A stretch of 64,000 nucleotides of DNA. Origin: an uncultured Rivularia sp. Lineage in GTDB: Bacteria; Cyanobacteriota; Cyanobacteriia; Cyanobacteriales; Nostocaceae. Each line of letters opens with the position of its first letter. Position 1 is the stretch's first letter. The position numbers and the translations under genes are program-made. Of this stretch, positions 42,837 through 52,621 are shown one piece after another. The notes under the pieces were generated by a model. That model was not told the origin of the DNA and searched no databases. It was given only the letters and a program-made list of their open reading frames with translations. The DNA is taken from NCBI GenBank assembly GCA_964395005.1, contig CAYMZW010000002.1, forward strand, positions 5,422 through 69,421, written 5' to 3'.

Positions 42837-43369
42837 GTTTCGTTGAAGCGCATATATCTACCAGTATTAAAGCAATATTTATTAAGAGATACCATTCTTG
42901 TCATGGTTGTCTTTTGAATGAAAGTTATGCAAGGGAAAGCTTTACTAATGCTATCTTCAACTTTTATTAACTGTTGAGAGGGAGGTAAATTTGGGTTAGC
43001 AATTATCTCTAAAAGATGCTCTCCGGACTCGTGATAAACTTCATATAAACAGCCGCCGACACCACAAAGTTGAGGCGAACGATAATCAAACACAAATAAT
43101 TCACCAGCACCTTTTGATGGTATTTTTAAAACTAAGATAGATTTTTTATCTATCTTAGTTTTCGATAAAAAAGATACAACTTTTGTGAATAGAGGTTCGG
43201 GGACAACATCTACAGCATTTTGCCAATAATATTTAATATCATTGTCATTTACTTTCTTATTAGGTGATGCTACATTTAGCAGCCATAATAAAATAACAAT
43301 TGAAAAACATGATAGGAGTATAAATGATATTTGAAAACAAATAATTTGATTACGCGATTCTTTATTCAT
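42803..43369 (-). CDS. Membrane-anchored hypothetical transfer protein
   Basis: N-terminal TM segment; LCGVGGC motif; operon position. Confidence 0.7.
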   Translation of the reverse strand: MNKESRNQIICFQISFILLSCFSIVILLWLLNVASPNKKVNDNDIKYYWQNAVDVVPEPLFTKVVSFLSKTKIDKKSILVLKIPSKGAGELFVFDYRSPQLCGVGGCLYEVYHESGEHLLEIIANPNLPPSQQLIKVEDSISKAFPCITFIQKTTMTRMVSLNKYCFNTGRYMRFNETWTTIEQKTKK

Positions 43370-43383
43370 AATTAAAATTAGAT

Positions 43384-45246
43384 TTATTTTTCAATATCTT
43401 CTGCCTTTTCTACACAACCCATTGCTTTCATTGCTTTGCTATATCCATCTACAACTGCAATACCATATTTTTTCATTGAATCGCTTTCGTTAGCGTTGCT
43501 AACTTCTGAATCAATCGGAATACTGGTACCACCAAAATGCATTTGACCAACACGTTGAATTAATCTTTCTTGACTAAATGCTGTTGCTGTATTTGGGTCA
43601 ATTTGCTTTGATGCATTATCTAATAATTGATTGGTATCGGATGCAATTAAATTTTGTTGTTCAGTAGGTGAAAAATACTGCATCATTTCTTCTCCCGTCA
43701 CTTCTTCACCCTTATCTAATCGAGTAGGAAATTTTGCTCCGCCAGATTTACTCTTAATAATTCTTCTCACTTCAGGACGGTAAGACATGAATTTTATTGC
43801 ACCAACAGAGCGACCGCAATTACCCTTACCATCACAAAGATAATTTCCTACGGAGTCGTAACTATCTTTGATATCAGAAAGCGCAGTACCCAAAGCATCA
43901 ATATTTGTACCTTTGGAATGTCTTTTACTACAACTACCTTTGTTTGGTGGCAATAAATTCAATGAATTACTACTTGATGTAATTGGAGAATTATTGAAAG
44001 TAAATCCGCTACTTTTCAAACCTGTAGGGGTAGAAATAGAATTTTCACCACCTCCATTTATCAAGCCCAAAAATATAGAGTCTTTCTCCCGATAAGTCAT
44101 AAATGGAACCGGACCGATAAAATAGGGTGTACATCCCAAATCAACAAAATTATTTCGCATACAAACCCGAAAAAATAAAGCTTGAGACATCATCCCATCC
44201 ACTTCCGATACATCCCAAACCGCTACCTTAAAAGCATCGCCAAATAAATGTCTGCCTGTAGGCTCTTTTCCACCATTCACCGAACCAAGAATTCCTCTTC
44301 CACCTTTGACTAACTGATATTTACCACTAACCCAGGCTTTACCTTGAACAGCATTAGAACCTGATAGCTCTATATGAGCGCAATCTTTATTACATGGTAC
44401 GGCGAAACCTTCTTCTTTGCTTCCGGAAATTGTTCGTTGTCGCTGCTGTTCGTCAGTTCCAAAAGCAACATCAACAATTCCGAACGTTCCACCTACAGCT
44501 TTCATGGACTTAGGGAATTGGAAGAAGGGAACCGACTCCAATCCTGGAACTGAATCAATATAAATCCCTTGCCATTTTTCAAATTCTTCAATCGGAGTTG
44601 AAGATAGTCCAGGTATAGAATCAATATTATAATTCGCCAAATTAATTTCAGAAAAATCTAACTTACTTAAATGTGGCGATCGCTCTAATAAATTACCAAT
44701 AGTTTGATTACCATCGAAGGAAGCAGATAATTTTTGAGATAATAGATCGGCAACAGGTTTAATTTCACCTACTTGAATATTCTCTAACTGAGGAATTGCC
44801 GAAACCAAGCTACCTAAAGTTTGTAGTTTGATTACACCAAAGCTTTCTAAATTAAGTTTACTCAAATCTGACCTAATAATTTGAGAAATATCAGATAGCG
44901 AAAACTTTTGCAGTTCAAAAGAGTCCTGAAAATCACCCAACATCATAAATTCTGCGATGTTTTGTCCTTTTTCCCAACTACGATTGGGATTGTAACCTAA
45001 CTTTTCCTCTATATCCGGAGGTGCTTGAAATGAGCCATCTGTATTAATCAAAGGCATTGTCGAAAAAGTAATTTGATTCCAGTCTGGTATACGAGTATTC
45101 TGCCAATTAACAGTTTTTATTTGAGTTTGTGTAGTTGAAGAATCAAGTTTTTCTTGAGCTTGGGATGAAACGATTACTGCACTGCTTATTATTATTGATA
45201 AACCGATGCCGAATATTAAACGAAATTTTTTATTTGATAGCTTCAT
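43384..45246 (-). CDS. Exported transfer-region protein, possibly with a C-terminal lysozyme-like domain
   Basis: Signal peptide ending SQA; operon position. The C-terminal domain assignment is tentative. Confidence 0.65.
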   Translation of the reverse strand: MKLSNKKFRLIFGIGLSIIISSAVIVSSQAQEKLDSSTTQTQIKTVNWQNTRIPDWNQITFSTMPLINTDGSFQAPPDIEEKLGYNPNRSWEKGQNIAEFMMLGDFQDSFELQKFSLSDISQIIRSDLSKLNLESFGVIKLQTLGSLVSAIPQLENIQVGEIKPVADLLSQKLSASFDGNQTIGNLLERSPHLSKLDFSEINLANYNIDSIPGLSSTPIEEFEKWQGIYIDSVPGLESVPFFQFPKSMKAVGGTFGIVDVAFGTDEQQRQRTISGSKEEGFAVPCNKDCAHIELSGSNAVQGKAWVSGKYQLVKGGRGILGSVNGGKEPTGRHLFGDAFKVAVWDVSEVDGMMSQALFFRVCMRNNFVDLGCTPYFIGPVPFMTYREKDSIFLGLINGGGENSISTPTGLKSSGFTFNNSPITSSSNSLNLLPPNKGSCSKRHSKGTNIDALGTALSDIKDSYDSVGNYLCDGKGNCGRSVGAIKFMSYRPEVRRIIKSKSGGAKFPTRLDKGEEVTGEEMMQYFSPTEQQNLIASDTNQLLDNASKQIDPNTATAFSQERLIQRVGQMHFGGTSIPIDSEVSNANESDSMKKYGIAVVDGYSKAMKAMGCVEKAEDIEK

Positions 45247-45992
45247 GGATTTAAATTTGAATTTTGATTATGACCTAATTCGATTAAGTGGTTAACTAAG
45301 CGTAAAGAAATCCCATTTTTACGAGCAGCTACGTTTATCTGTTCTCCCGCTTTTGCCGAAACTAAAAAATGTTGTAATCTGTTCATCAAGCGAGATTCAT
45401 GAAAAATCAAACGCTGTTGCTTGGCAACTTCAAGCCCTCGCTTTATTAACTGTAAATTCTTAATATCTGTAATCAGAAATCTATCAGCATTAAACTTTTC
45501 TTGAGTTGGCGTAATCTCGATTGTATGGAATTCGGGTGTTGTATCTCCCATCGCTACCCGAAACAAATAAACCCGCCGCTTATCTTCACCTCTTGCTACT
45601 ACCGTCAATAAACTACTATTTGATGAAGGTAACTGCTTAAAATCTAACGGTTTAATTTGACGTAAATGTAATACAGTTGCACCTACTCCCGAATCACACT
45701 CTTTTCCTAATCCAGATAAACAACCATCAACATCTAAAGAAGCAATAGCAGGGTTATCCAACCATACCTTCTCAACTTTCTCACCAGTAGGGATAAATGA
45801 AATATTGACTCCATATCCAGGAGATAATTTAATTAAAGGTATTTCCCTTTCACTATTACCAGTCGCAACCGTATTGCTTATTTGCTTTACACCACTTTTC
45901 ATCTCACCAGCAATTACTTTTATTGAGATACTGGTAAAAATTATTATGGTAGAAATTGAAAAAATAATAGTTTTTTGTACAAAATTTTTCAT
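45243..45992 (-). CDS. T4SS core protein (VirB9/TraK-like)
   Basis: Signal peptide; located next to the VirB10-like gene. Confidence 0.55.
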   Translation of the reverse strand: MKNFVQKTIIFSISTIIIFTSISIKVIAGEMKSGVKQISNTVATGNSEREIPLIKLSPGYGVNISFIPTGEKVEKVWLDNPAIASLDVDGCLSGLGKECDSGVGATVLHLRQIKPLDFKQLPSSNSSLLTVVARGEDKRRVYLFRVAMGDTTPEFHTIEITPTQEKFNADRFLITDIKNLQLIKRGLEVAKQQRLIFHESRLMNRLQHFLVSAKAGEQINVAARKNGISLRLVNHLIELGHNQNSNLNP

Positions 45993-47830
45993 CGTTCACT
46001 GAAGGTAAAGGATTGATTCACAAATATCTGTATATCCGTATTAGCAGGAACATACCAAACCTTTTTGCGGCGTTCAATTTCTGATAATTTACGTTTATTA
46101 CGCTCCTTAACTCGTTCGGTAAGTGGCTCAAATCCACCTTCTAAAACAGCACCTAAAATATTAGAATTACTTCGTCTAATGGAAGAAAAACTATTATTGC
46201 CGCCAAAACTGCTCGAAGTAGAGAATTGCTCGGATTTGGGTTGATTAAGTACTTTACCTACTTTGGCAAGAGAGCCAACTACAAATGTTTCTGCGTCTCG
46301 TGCAGCAATATTTTGATTTTTGGAGCCTCGCTTGGATGCCATCAAAGGAAGACCTGAATTTCCACGAATACTAATTGCTTGTGGTGGAAGGATATATTGT
46401 TTACCATTAATAATAATCTGCGTTGCTTGAAGTTGTACTAATCCTGACTCTGCAACGTTTTTTACCTTTGTAATAATTTGAGTATCTTTGGGTAAATTAA
46501 TAAAACCCTTTTTATCTTTTAGTGGTTCGGTTATTTGAACAATAAAGTTTTCTTCTTGATCTAAAGTAGGTTGCTTGGTATTCGCATTCTCTACCGAATT
46601 GTTATCCCACGTTAAAGGTGTAATTAATTTTCCGGTCATGGTTTGCCCTATTTTTAATTGCCTTATGCCTTGTAAAGGCTCAGGGCAGTAGAGATTTTCT
46701 TTATATTTGGTACAGTCACGGTAAGAGTCGTATCTTCGTCGAGTTAACATACTTCCATCTGTTTCCAGAATCCGAGCTTCTTCTGCATAAAGCGGTTCGG
46801 GATAAATAGTGATTTCCTTTCTTTGGTCTTGAACCATTAAAGGGACTGCTCTAGGTATCGTGGTAGGTACTGGTTCTTCGTGCAGTGCAGGCTTAATTCC
46901 CTCAATCGTTTGCTGTTCGTTATTTATAGCAATTTCAGCAGTACCGTAACTTCCCAATTGATTAACGGCTAACCATTGCTCTGTCGGGTCGATTTCAGGT
47001 GGTTTAACAATCGTCGGTGATGATATTGTCTTCACGGGAGAAGGCGCTGGTAATGGATTTGGCTTTGTTGCAGTTTGTATGGATTGAGGAATCGACACTC
47101 TTGGAGAAGGATAATAATTTCTTGGTGTTGGATAACTATTTTGCCTTACCCGACGAGGCATTGAAGAGTTCATTGGTGGTCTATTTACGACTGTTGCTTT
47201 TTTGGGTTGTGTTGTATTCACTTTGCGATCGTTCAATTCTGGTTTAATTTGAGAATTTGATTGAGGAATTGGTGTTTTGGTATTTTTTGATTCTTCTTGT
47301 GATTTAATTTTTTCTGCTTGAGTTGAAAGAGCCAATGAAGCTTTTAATTTTCCGTTCTCTACTTCTGCTGGTTTAGTATCTTCCCTAAAAAGAACTTTTG
47401 GTTTTTCAGATTTGCTAGCCGTAAGTTTCGGTGCAGTTCTTGGTTTGCCAGAAATAATCGTATTTAAAAAAGTGGCTCCCGTACCAAATACAACCAGTAA
47501 AATCAAACCCACAGCACCAAATTTCGCAAAAGGATTAGTTGCAAAAGTTGGTTGAGTTTTACCACTATGTGGCGAGTCAAATAATTCTTGAGTATCAACT
47601 ACATTATTATTCGCGTCAATAACCTCTGTATTCTTTTCCTCTTTTGTGCTGTTTATTGGCTCATCAATATAACTAATCGACTCTATATCAGTTTCTTCTA
47701 CTTGATGATTTTGATTATCAGAATCATCATAACCAAGTAATTTAGCTAAACTTTCTTCATTCCAACTGGTTTCAGATTCCTGGTTTTCTTCTTTAATAAC
47801 ATTTTCATCATTTGAATTTTCATTCATCAC
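45989..47830 (-). CDS. TrbI/VirB10-family protein
   Basis: TM segment, Pro-rich linker, beta-rich C-terminus ending VWYVPANTDIQIFVN. Confidence 0.8.
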   Translation of the reverse strand: MMNENSNDENVIKEENQESETSWNEESLAKLLGYDDSDNQNHQVEETDIESISYIDEPINSTKEEKNTEVIDANNNVVDTQELFDSPHSGKTQPTFATNPFAKFGAVGLILLVVFGTGATFLNTIISGKPRTAPKLTASKSEKPKVLFREDTKPAEVENGKLKASLALSTQAEKIKSQEESKNTKTPIPQSNSQIKPELNDRKVNTTQPKKATVVNRPPMNSSMPRRVRQNSYPTPRNYYPSPRVSIPQSIQTATKPNPLPAPSPVKTISSPTIVKPPEIDPTEQWLAVNQLGSYGTAEIAINNEQQTIEGIKPALHEEPVPTTIPRAVPLMVQDQRKEITIYPEPLYAEEARILETDGSMLTRRRYDSYRDCTKYKENLYCPEPLQGIRQLKIGQTMTGKLITPLTWDNNSVENANTKQPTLDQEENFIVQITEPLKDKKGFINLPKDTQIITKVKNVAESGLVQLQATQIIINGKQYILPPQAISIRGNSGLPLMASKRGSKNQNIAARDAETFVVGSLAKVGKVLNQPKSEQFSTSSSFGGNNSFSSIRRSNSNILGAVLEGGFEPLTERVKERNKRKLSEIERRKKVWYVPANTDIQIFVNQSFTFSER

Positions 47831-48621
47831 AGATTCTCCTGTGGTAAATCTCGTATTGCATAAATTTCTAAACCGCTCGAACGTACTTGATAAACTACTA
47901 CTTCTAACCCATCAACTTTGTTAGGAGATGAAGGTGCTTCTACTGCTCGAACAAATATTTCTTTATTAAAAGGAACCACTTCTCCTAACTTATTACTTTG
48001 TTCAAACATGGTAAGGTTAGCAACCATTCTTACTTTCCATTTACCTTCAGCTATTTTTACTGGTTGTTGAAAATATTGTGGAACAAAAACTATTTGGGTT
48101 TTTCCTTTAAACACTCCTGAAGGTGTAATTTCAGCGAGCAGTTCTAAAAACTCTTTCCGAAAATCCGACGATAAAGCGTAGGATGCTTGCCATGCTCCGT
48201 GAGTAACTTTACCTCTACTATTACTAATTGAACTAATGTCTACACCACTATCTGGTTTTGGTTCGTAAGCATCTTCAACTGTTGTCGCTGGTAGATTTCC
48301 CGACCAATTCATCATTAAAGTCATTGTATCGGAAACAAAGCGTAATACTATTTGAGGAATACGTTCCAAACTTCCTAATTGAGCAACTTTGATTGATTTA
48401 CCGCTTTCTAATTGAACCAAAGTTGGAGGTGCTTTTTTACTTAATTGCGAATAGGAACCGTATAACAAAAATAAGATAACAAATGCTAAAAGATGTAACC
48501 CAAAAGTTCCAATAGTAAATAAAGCTAAAGTATCCCTACTAGAAAAACGAGTTGCAGTACGATTTAAAAATTTTAAACGTCTGTCTTCTGTTGGAGAATT
48601 TAAATTTTTATCAATTTTCAT
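47827..48621 (-). CDS. VirB8-like bitopic protein
   Basis: Single TM segment followed by PTLVQL; operon position. Confidence 0.55.
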   Translation of the reverse strand: MKIDKNLNSPTEDRRLKFLNRTATRFSSRDTLALFTIGTFGLHLLAFVILFLLYGSYSQLSKKAPPTLVQLESGKSIKVAQLGSLERIPQIVLRFVSDTMTLMMNWSGNLPATTVEDAYEPKPDSGVDISSISNSRGKVTHGAWQASYALSSDFRKEFLELLAEITPSGVFKGKTQIVFVPQYFQQPVKIAEGKWKVRMVANLTMFEQSNKLGEVVPFNKEIFVRAVEAPSSPNKVDGLEVVVYQVRSSGLEIYAIRDLPQENL

Positions 48622-48638
48622 ATATAGAATATTATTTA

Positions 48639-49664
48639 TTATTTTTTTATAAATCCATTTACAACGGAGGAAAATCCTAAAGTCGCAATACTCGAAAAAC
48701 TTCTTAAAACTGCCATACCTCCACCAACAGCTAATACAACAGATAAAATTGGAGCAAGAATACCAATAGAAAAAGCAAAGATCATCGGGTCATTATTATT
48801 GGTGTCCATAACCAATGTGGCAACCAAACCAGAAATTATATTGAAACAAAGCTTTACCATTCCTAATGAAAAGAAACCCGTCAACCAAGCAAAAATTGCT
48901 TTGTTACCTACAGGTAGTAATGAGCCTCCGACGGCAAGAGGTCCTAATAATGCTGTCAGTAACATAGAAACCTCTACAATCCACTGAAAAGCGATACTAA
49001 AAGCTAATAACCACCCACGAACCGTTAATTGAAAAATATTTGTGTTGAAAAAATCATTGATACCTTTAAAAAAATTGGAATTGTTATTATCAATCTTTGC
49101 CTCAATTTCTTGAGCTTGTTGTTGGGAATTTTGTAAGCATTCTGCTTGTTGAGTAGGGTCAGCTATGGCATTACATTGAGTAATTAATGTTTTTATTGCG
49201 TCTCCTGAACCAGTTTTAAGCATTACTCTTTGATAAGCTTCTTGCAATTGGATAGAAGCAGATGTACTTTCTAAAAGCGTTTGATTTGTTTGATTGATAA
49301 TAGTTCTAAGTCCAAGAGTCGATAGAGATAAAAGTTCGCCGTTATTAGAGAGTAAAACTATTACGACTAACGGCCAGATGATTTCTGAAAAAGCTTTGCT
49401 GTTGTCACCATCTACCATTTCCCTCGTCCACTGCACCATGAAAATCAACAAAGTTCCCACAGCGAAAAAAATTCCAAGATTGGCGATCGCACTATATAAT
49501 CCCCCATCAAGTACGTCATTCCATAGCTTATCCATTGATTGAGCAACAGCTTCGCTTGCGGCAATTCCATCTTCTGTAATTGTGGAAGCTGCTTGACCAG
49601 GATTTGGATTCTCGGCTTGAGCAAGAATGAGTCCCCAATGGAGTAGTAGGAATGATATAAACAA
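48639..49664 (-). CDS. VirB6-like polytopic membrane protein
   Basis: Multiple TM segments; LLTALLGPLAVGGSLLP. Confidence 0.65.
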   Translation of the reverse strand: MFISFLLLHWGLILAQAENPNPGQAASTITEDGIAASEAVAQSMDKLWNDVLDGGLYSAIANLGIFFAVGTLLIFMVQWTREMVDGDNSKAFSEIIWPLVVIVLLSNNGELLSLSTLGLRTIINQTNQTLLESTSASIQLQEAYQRVMLKTGSGDAIKTLITQCNAIADPTQQAECLQNSQQQAQEIEAKIDNNNSNFFKGINDFFNTNIFQLTVRGWLLAFSIAFQWIVEVSMLLTALLGPLAVGGSLLPVGNKAIFAWLTGFFSLGMVKLCFNIISGLVATLVMDTNNNDPMIFAFSIGILAPILSVVLAVGGGMAVLRSFSSIATLGFSSVVNGFIKK

Positions 49665-49675
49665 AAGAAATCCCC

Positions 49676-50395
49676 TTAAAACAGTCGTGCTTGGGAAGCA
49701 GTTCTTAAATTACTAAACCCTTGTCCTACAATTTCTTTTTGACGTGCTTGATTTTGACCATCTAAAGACCTTGAAATATTAGTCAAGTTGAGATTTGCTA
49801 AATCTTGCGATTGCTTCGATTTCAAACCATCCGCACGCATTGCACCTAAAATCGCTGCGGTTGATGTATTCTGTTGAGCAATTCGCTTCATCACATTTTG
49901 TGTAACTACCTCATCTTGAGCTGCGGCTGAGTAAATTTGGACTCGTTCAATAGAGGATTGGGTTTTCTCAACTTCTCTATTAGTAAGCTTTTGACCGCTT
50001 TTACTTAATGTACTGTCTACAACCGCACGAGTAATCTGACGATCAAGTTCATTTGTTGCTTGCTCAACAGTATTAATGGCAGTATCTGAAGTTGCTGCAA
50101 TATTTTCAACTTCCGTGCGAGCTTCTATAGCGTCCGGTAAACCTAATACACCAAGCGTTTCATTAATAGCCGCTTCTATATCTTTTCCTAAAGACGAAGC
50201 TAAAGGTTCAAGTTTACTTTCGAGGACGGATTCAACATAGTTGTCTATTGATTGCAACTCCTGTTTTAATTGGTTAATAGTATTGAAAATAAATGGTATT
50301 GATGATGCCTGAGCGTGGCTTATTCCTAAAATAGAAATAACAATTGCTCCCCCTAATCCGAAAAATACTAATTTTATTTTCTTCATAATAATCAT
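49676..50395 (-). CDS. Exported helical T4SS protein (VirB5/TrbJ-like)
   Basis: Signal peptide ending AQA; helical Gln-rich body; operon position. Confidence 0.55.
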   Translation of the reverse strand: MIIMKKIKLVFFGLGGAIVISILGISHAQASSIPFIFNTINQLKQELQSIDNYVESVLESKLEPLASSLGKDIEAAINETLGVLGLPDAIEARTEVENIAATSDTAINTVEQATNELDRQITRAVVDSTLSKSGQKLTNREVEKTQSSIERVQIYSAAAQDEVVTQNVMKRIAQQNTSTAAILGAMRADGLKSKQSQDLANLNLTNISRSLDGQNQARQKEIVGQGFSNLRTASQARLF

Positions 50396-50408
50396 TACTG
50401 TTATTGAT

Positions 50409-52134
50409 TTACAGTGCAGTTACCAGTTGTTTTGAAAATTCAGTGACAGCTACAAATTTATCTGAATATTTCTTCATTGCAGCAGTTCTGTACTCCTGCT
50501 CTATGGGATTATTAGCTACTATTGCTAGTAAATTAAATGGTGGATAATAACGAGTACCTGTAAAAATTCCGTTATCATCTAATAACCATTGAGAATAGAA
50601 CCCTTCCTTTTTAGGAAAAAAGCTTTCTGTTGCATTACAAGCAATTATCGATTGCGGATACTTCAAAATCGAAGTGAAACTATCAACAGCATTGGGTTGA
50701 ATACGTCCAATAAGTCGTGTTGTTAAGTTCTGAAATATCTTTGCTCCCGACGGAGACTGAGCAATACTTTCCGGGTCTTGGGCTGATAGTATTACTCTTA
50801 TCCCTGCTTTTGCTCCATTGGCGCAAAGTCTTCCAACTAGTGCTGCAATTGAGTCATATTCAAATAAGATGGGACTTTCATCAATAAAGAATACGCTTGC
50901 TTTCTCTGATAATGCTCGCCGCAATGCAGCACTGTAAGCACTTAAGCTTAAGATTGCAGCATCGTCATCGTTCGATAAGTTACGCAATGCGAAAATTAGC
51001 AACCGCGCATCGCTACGAAAGGTGGAAGGTTGAGCTAAGGATTGTCCGACTCTTGAAGAAAGCCAAAACCGCAAACGCAATAAAATTGTTTCTAATGCAG
51101 CTTTGGTATCACCACTCATCGAATCTAATCGCAGTCTAGAGTGGGAGCAATAACTTAAGAAGTCATGCAGGGTAGGCATTGTAGACCATTCGGGAGAGCC
51201 AAAGCCGTTCACGTATGCAGCAGCATATCTATCGTTTTTCTACAAAGGTAAGCGCTCCTATATACTTATTTTTAAGATGCACCCAACGTTTATCTGCTAT
51301 GGGAACAGAAGAATCAGATTCCATTAAAAGAGATTTGGGAGCAATGTCTGAGTAAATTTCTTCGTGCAATCCGTCCTCATTTAGAACCAAAAGCTGAGGA
51401 ATTGGACGTGGCGATGTATTGTTAAAGCGCTGCCATAAAATTTTCCAAAGTTCTTCTGCACCGAGAGGACGGATATCCAAGCCCATCTTGTTGGAAAGTA
51501 GCTGCTCCCAAAGTTGGAAACCATCGGTAAAAGAAGAATACAGTAATCGCTCGATGCGAACGAATTGTAACTCGTTGATTTCTCCGGTGAATGATTTCCA
51601 TAAACGCTCTAATTTGGAAAGTCCTTTTTCAATAGCGTCACTTGCACCGTTAGTGTCTTGTTCTATGGTGTAGGTGCAGTATAAACGTAAAGTTTTTGGT
51701 TTGCGGATGCCTTGTTGTGTTAATTGTTGGATGCGAGCGCGTTCGCCCATTAAAAGGTATTGTAGTTCTAAGCTCGGCGCGTTTTTACTTAAGTTTTGTA
51801 ATTGTTGCTGTCTGTGTTTATCGTCGGTAAAAGAACTTAAATGAATTGTTAAACGTTCTCCTGATGGTAAATCTTTCAACCCTGACTCGATAGCATCAAA
51901 TACTGGCGAAATTTGTTCTGTCCGTAATGTTGAATGAATACCCGCACACTCGAAACCGAAGTGAATCATAAAGTTGTTAGCACCCTTTCTTAGAATGTAA
52001 GCACCAACAGAGCGTCCCTGGAGATTTATCTGTAGCATTGATACTAAAGATAAAGCATCTTCTAATGGTGTTAAACGAATTTGATCTGCACCATTATCAA
52101 CTAATTTTTTACCAATCTTTGATTGAACGCTCAT
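50409..52134 (-). pseudogene. VirB4-like ATPase, split and internally deleted (ORFs 51229-52134 and 50409-51212)
   Basis: The C-terminal part keeps Walker B (FFIDES) and SAQD, but neither piece has a Walker A. Abrupt out-of-frame join near 51233. Confidence 0.78.
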
Positions 52135-52463
52135 TTTCTATGTGTTCTCTTTGAATAAACTTTTTCAGTTTTTGTATTTACAAGCTGCTCATAGCGTGTA
52201 CCAACCCTAGCCCAGTTAGGAGTTGAAACAAATTTCGATAAAATTCTCCAAGCACCATTGGCTGTCATTACCCACCAAGTTGATATTCCCCAAGCTGCAA
52301 TTGAAATTGTCCAAACCCAATTCAATCGCAACAAACCGTGAGCAAGGTAATAGGAACTCCCACAAATAATAGCCCAAGGAACTAATTGGTCAGCGGGGAA
52401 AGGTCCAATTGATGGTTGTTTACCTAAAGTCGCATTAACTTTTCGATACTTCTTATCATGCAT
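52131..52463 (-). CDS. VirB3-like small membrane protein
   Basis: VNATLGKQPSIGPFPADQ, two TM segments, directly upstream of the VirB4-like gene. Confidence 0.65.
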   Translation of the reverse strand: MHDKKYRKVNATLGKQPSIGPFPADQLVPWAIICGSSYYLAHGLLRLNWVWTISIAAWGISTWWVMTANGAWRILSKFVSTPNWARVGTRYEQLVNTKTEKVYSKRTHRK

Positions 52464-52513
52464 ACATTTACTCCAAAAAAATCTTTTACTACTGCCGATT
52501 GCCTACTGCCCTT

Positions 52514-52621
52514 TTACCCTCCAGGTGCAGCACCTCCTCCACCACCAATTATTAAATTCGCCAAAATATCGCCTACTGTCACCGCAATTAAAATAATCAT
52601 TGGTGTACGGGCTAAATTTTG
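52514..52621 (-). CDS. Pilin-like (VirB2/TrbC-like) gene, 3' exon
   Basis: QNLARTPMIILIAVTVGDILANLIIGGGGGAAPGG*, in frame with the 5' exon after intron removal. Confidence 0.8.
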   Translation of the reverse strand, partial: QNLARTPMIILIAVTVGDILANLIIGGGGGAAPGG

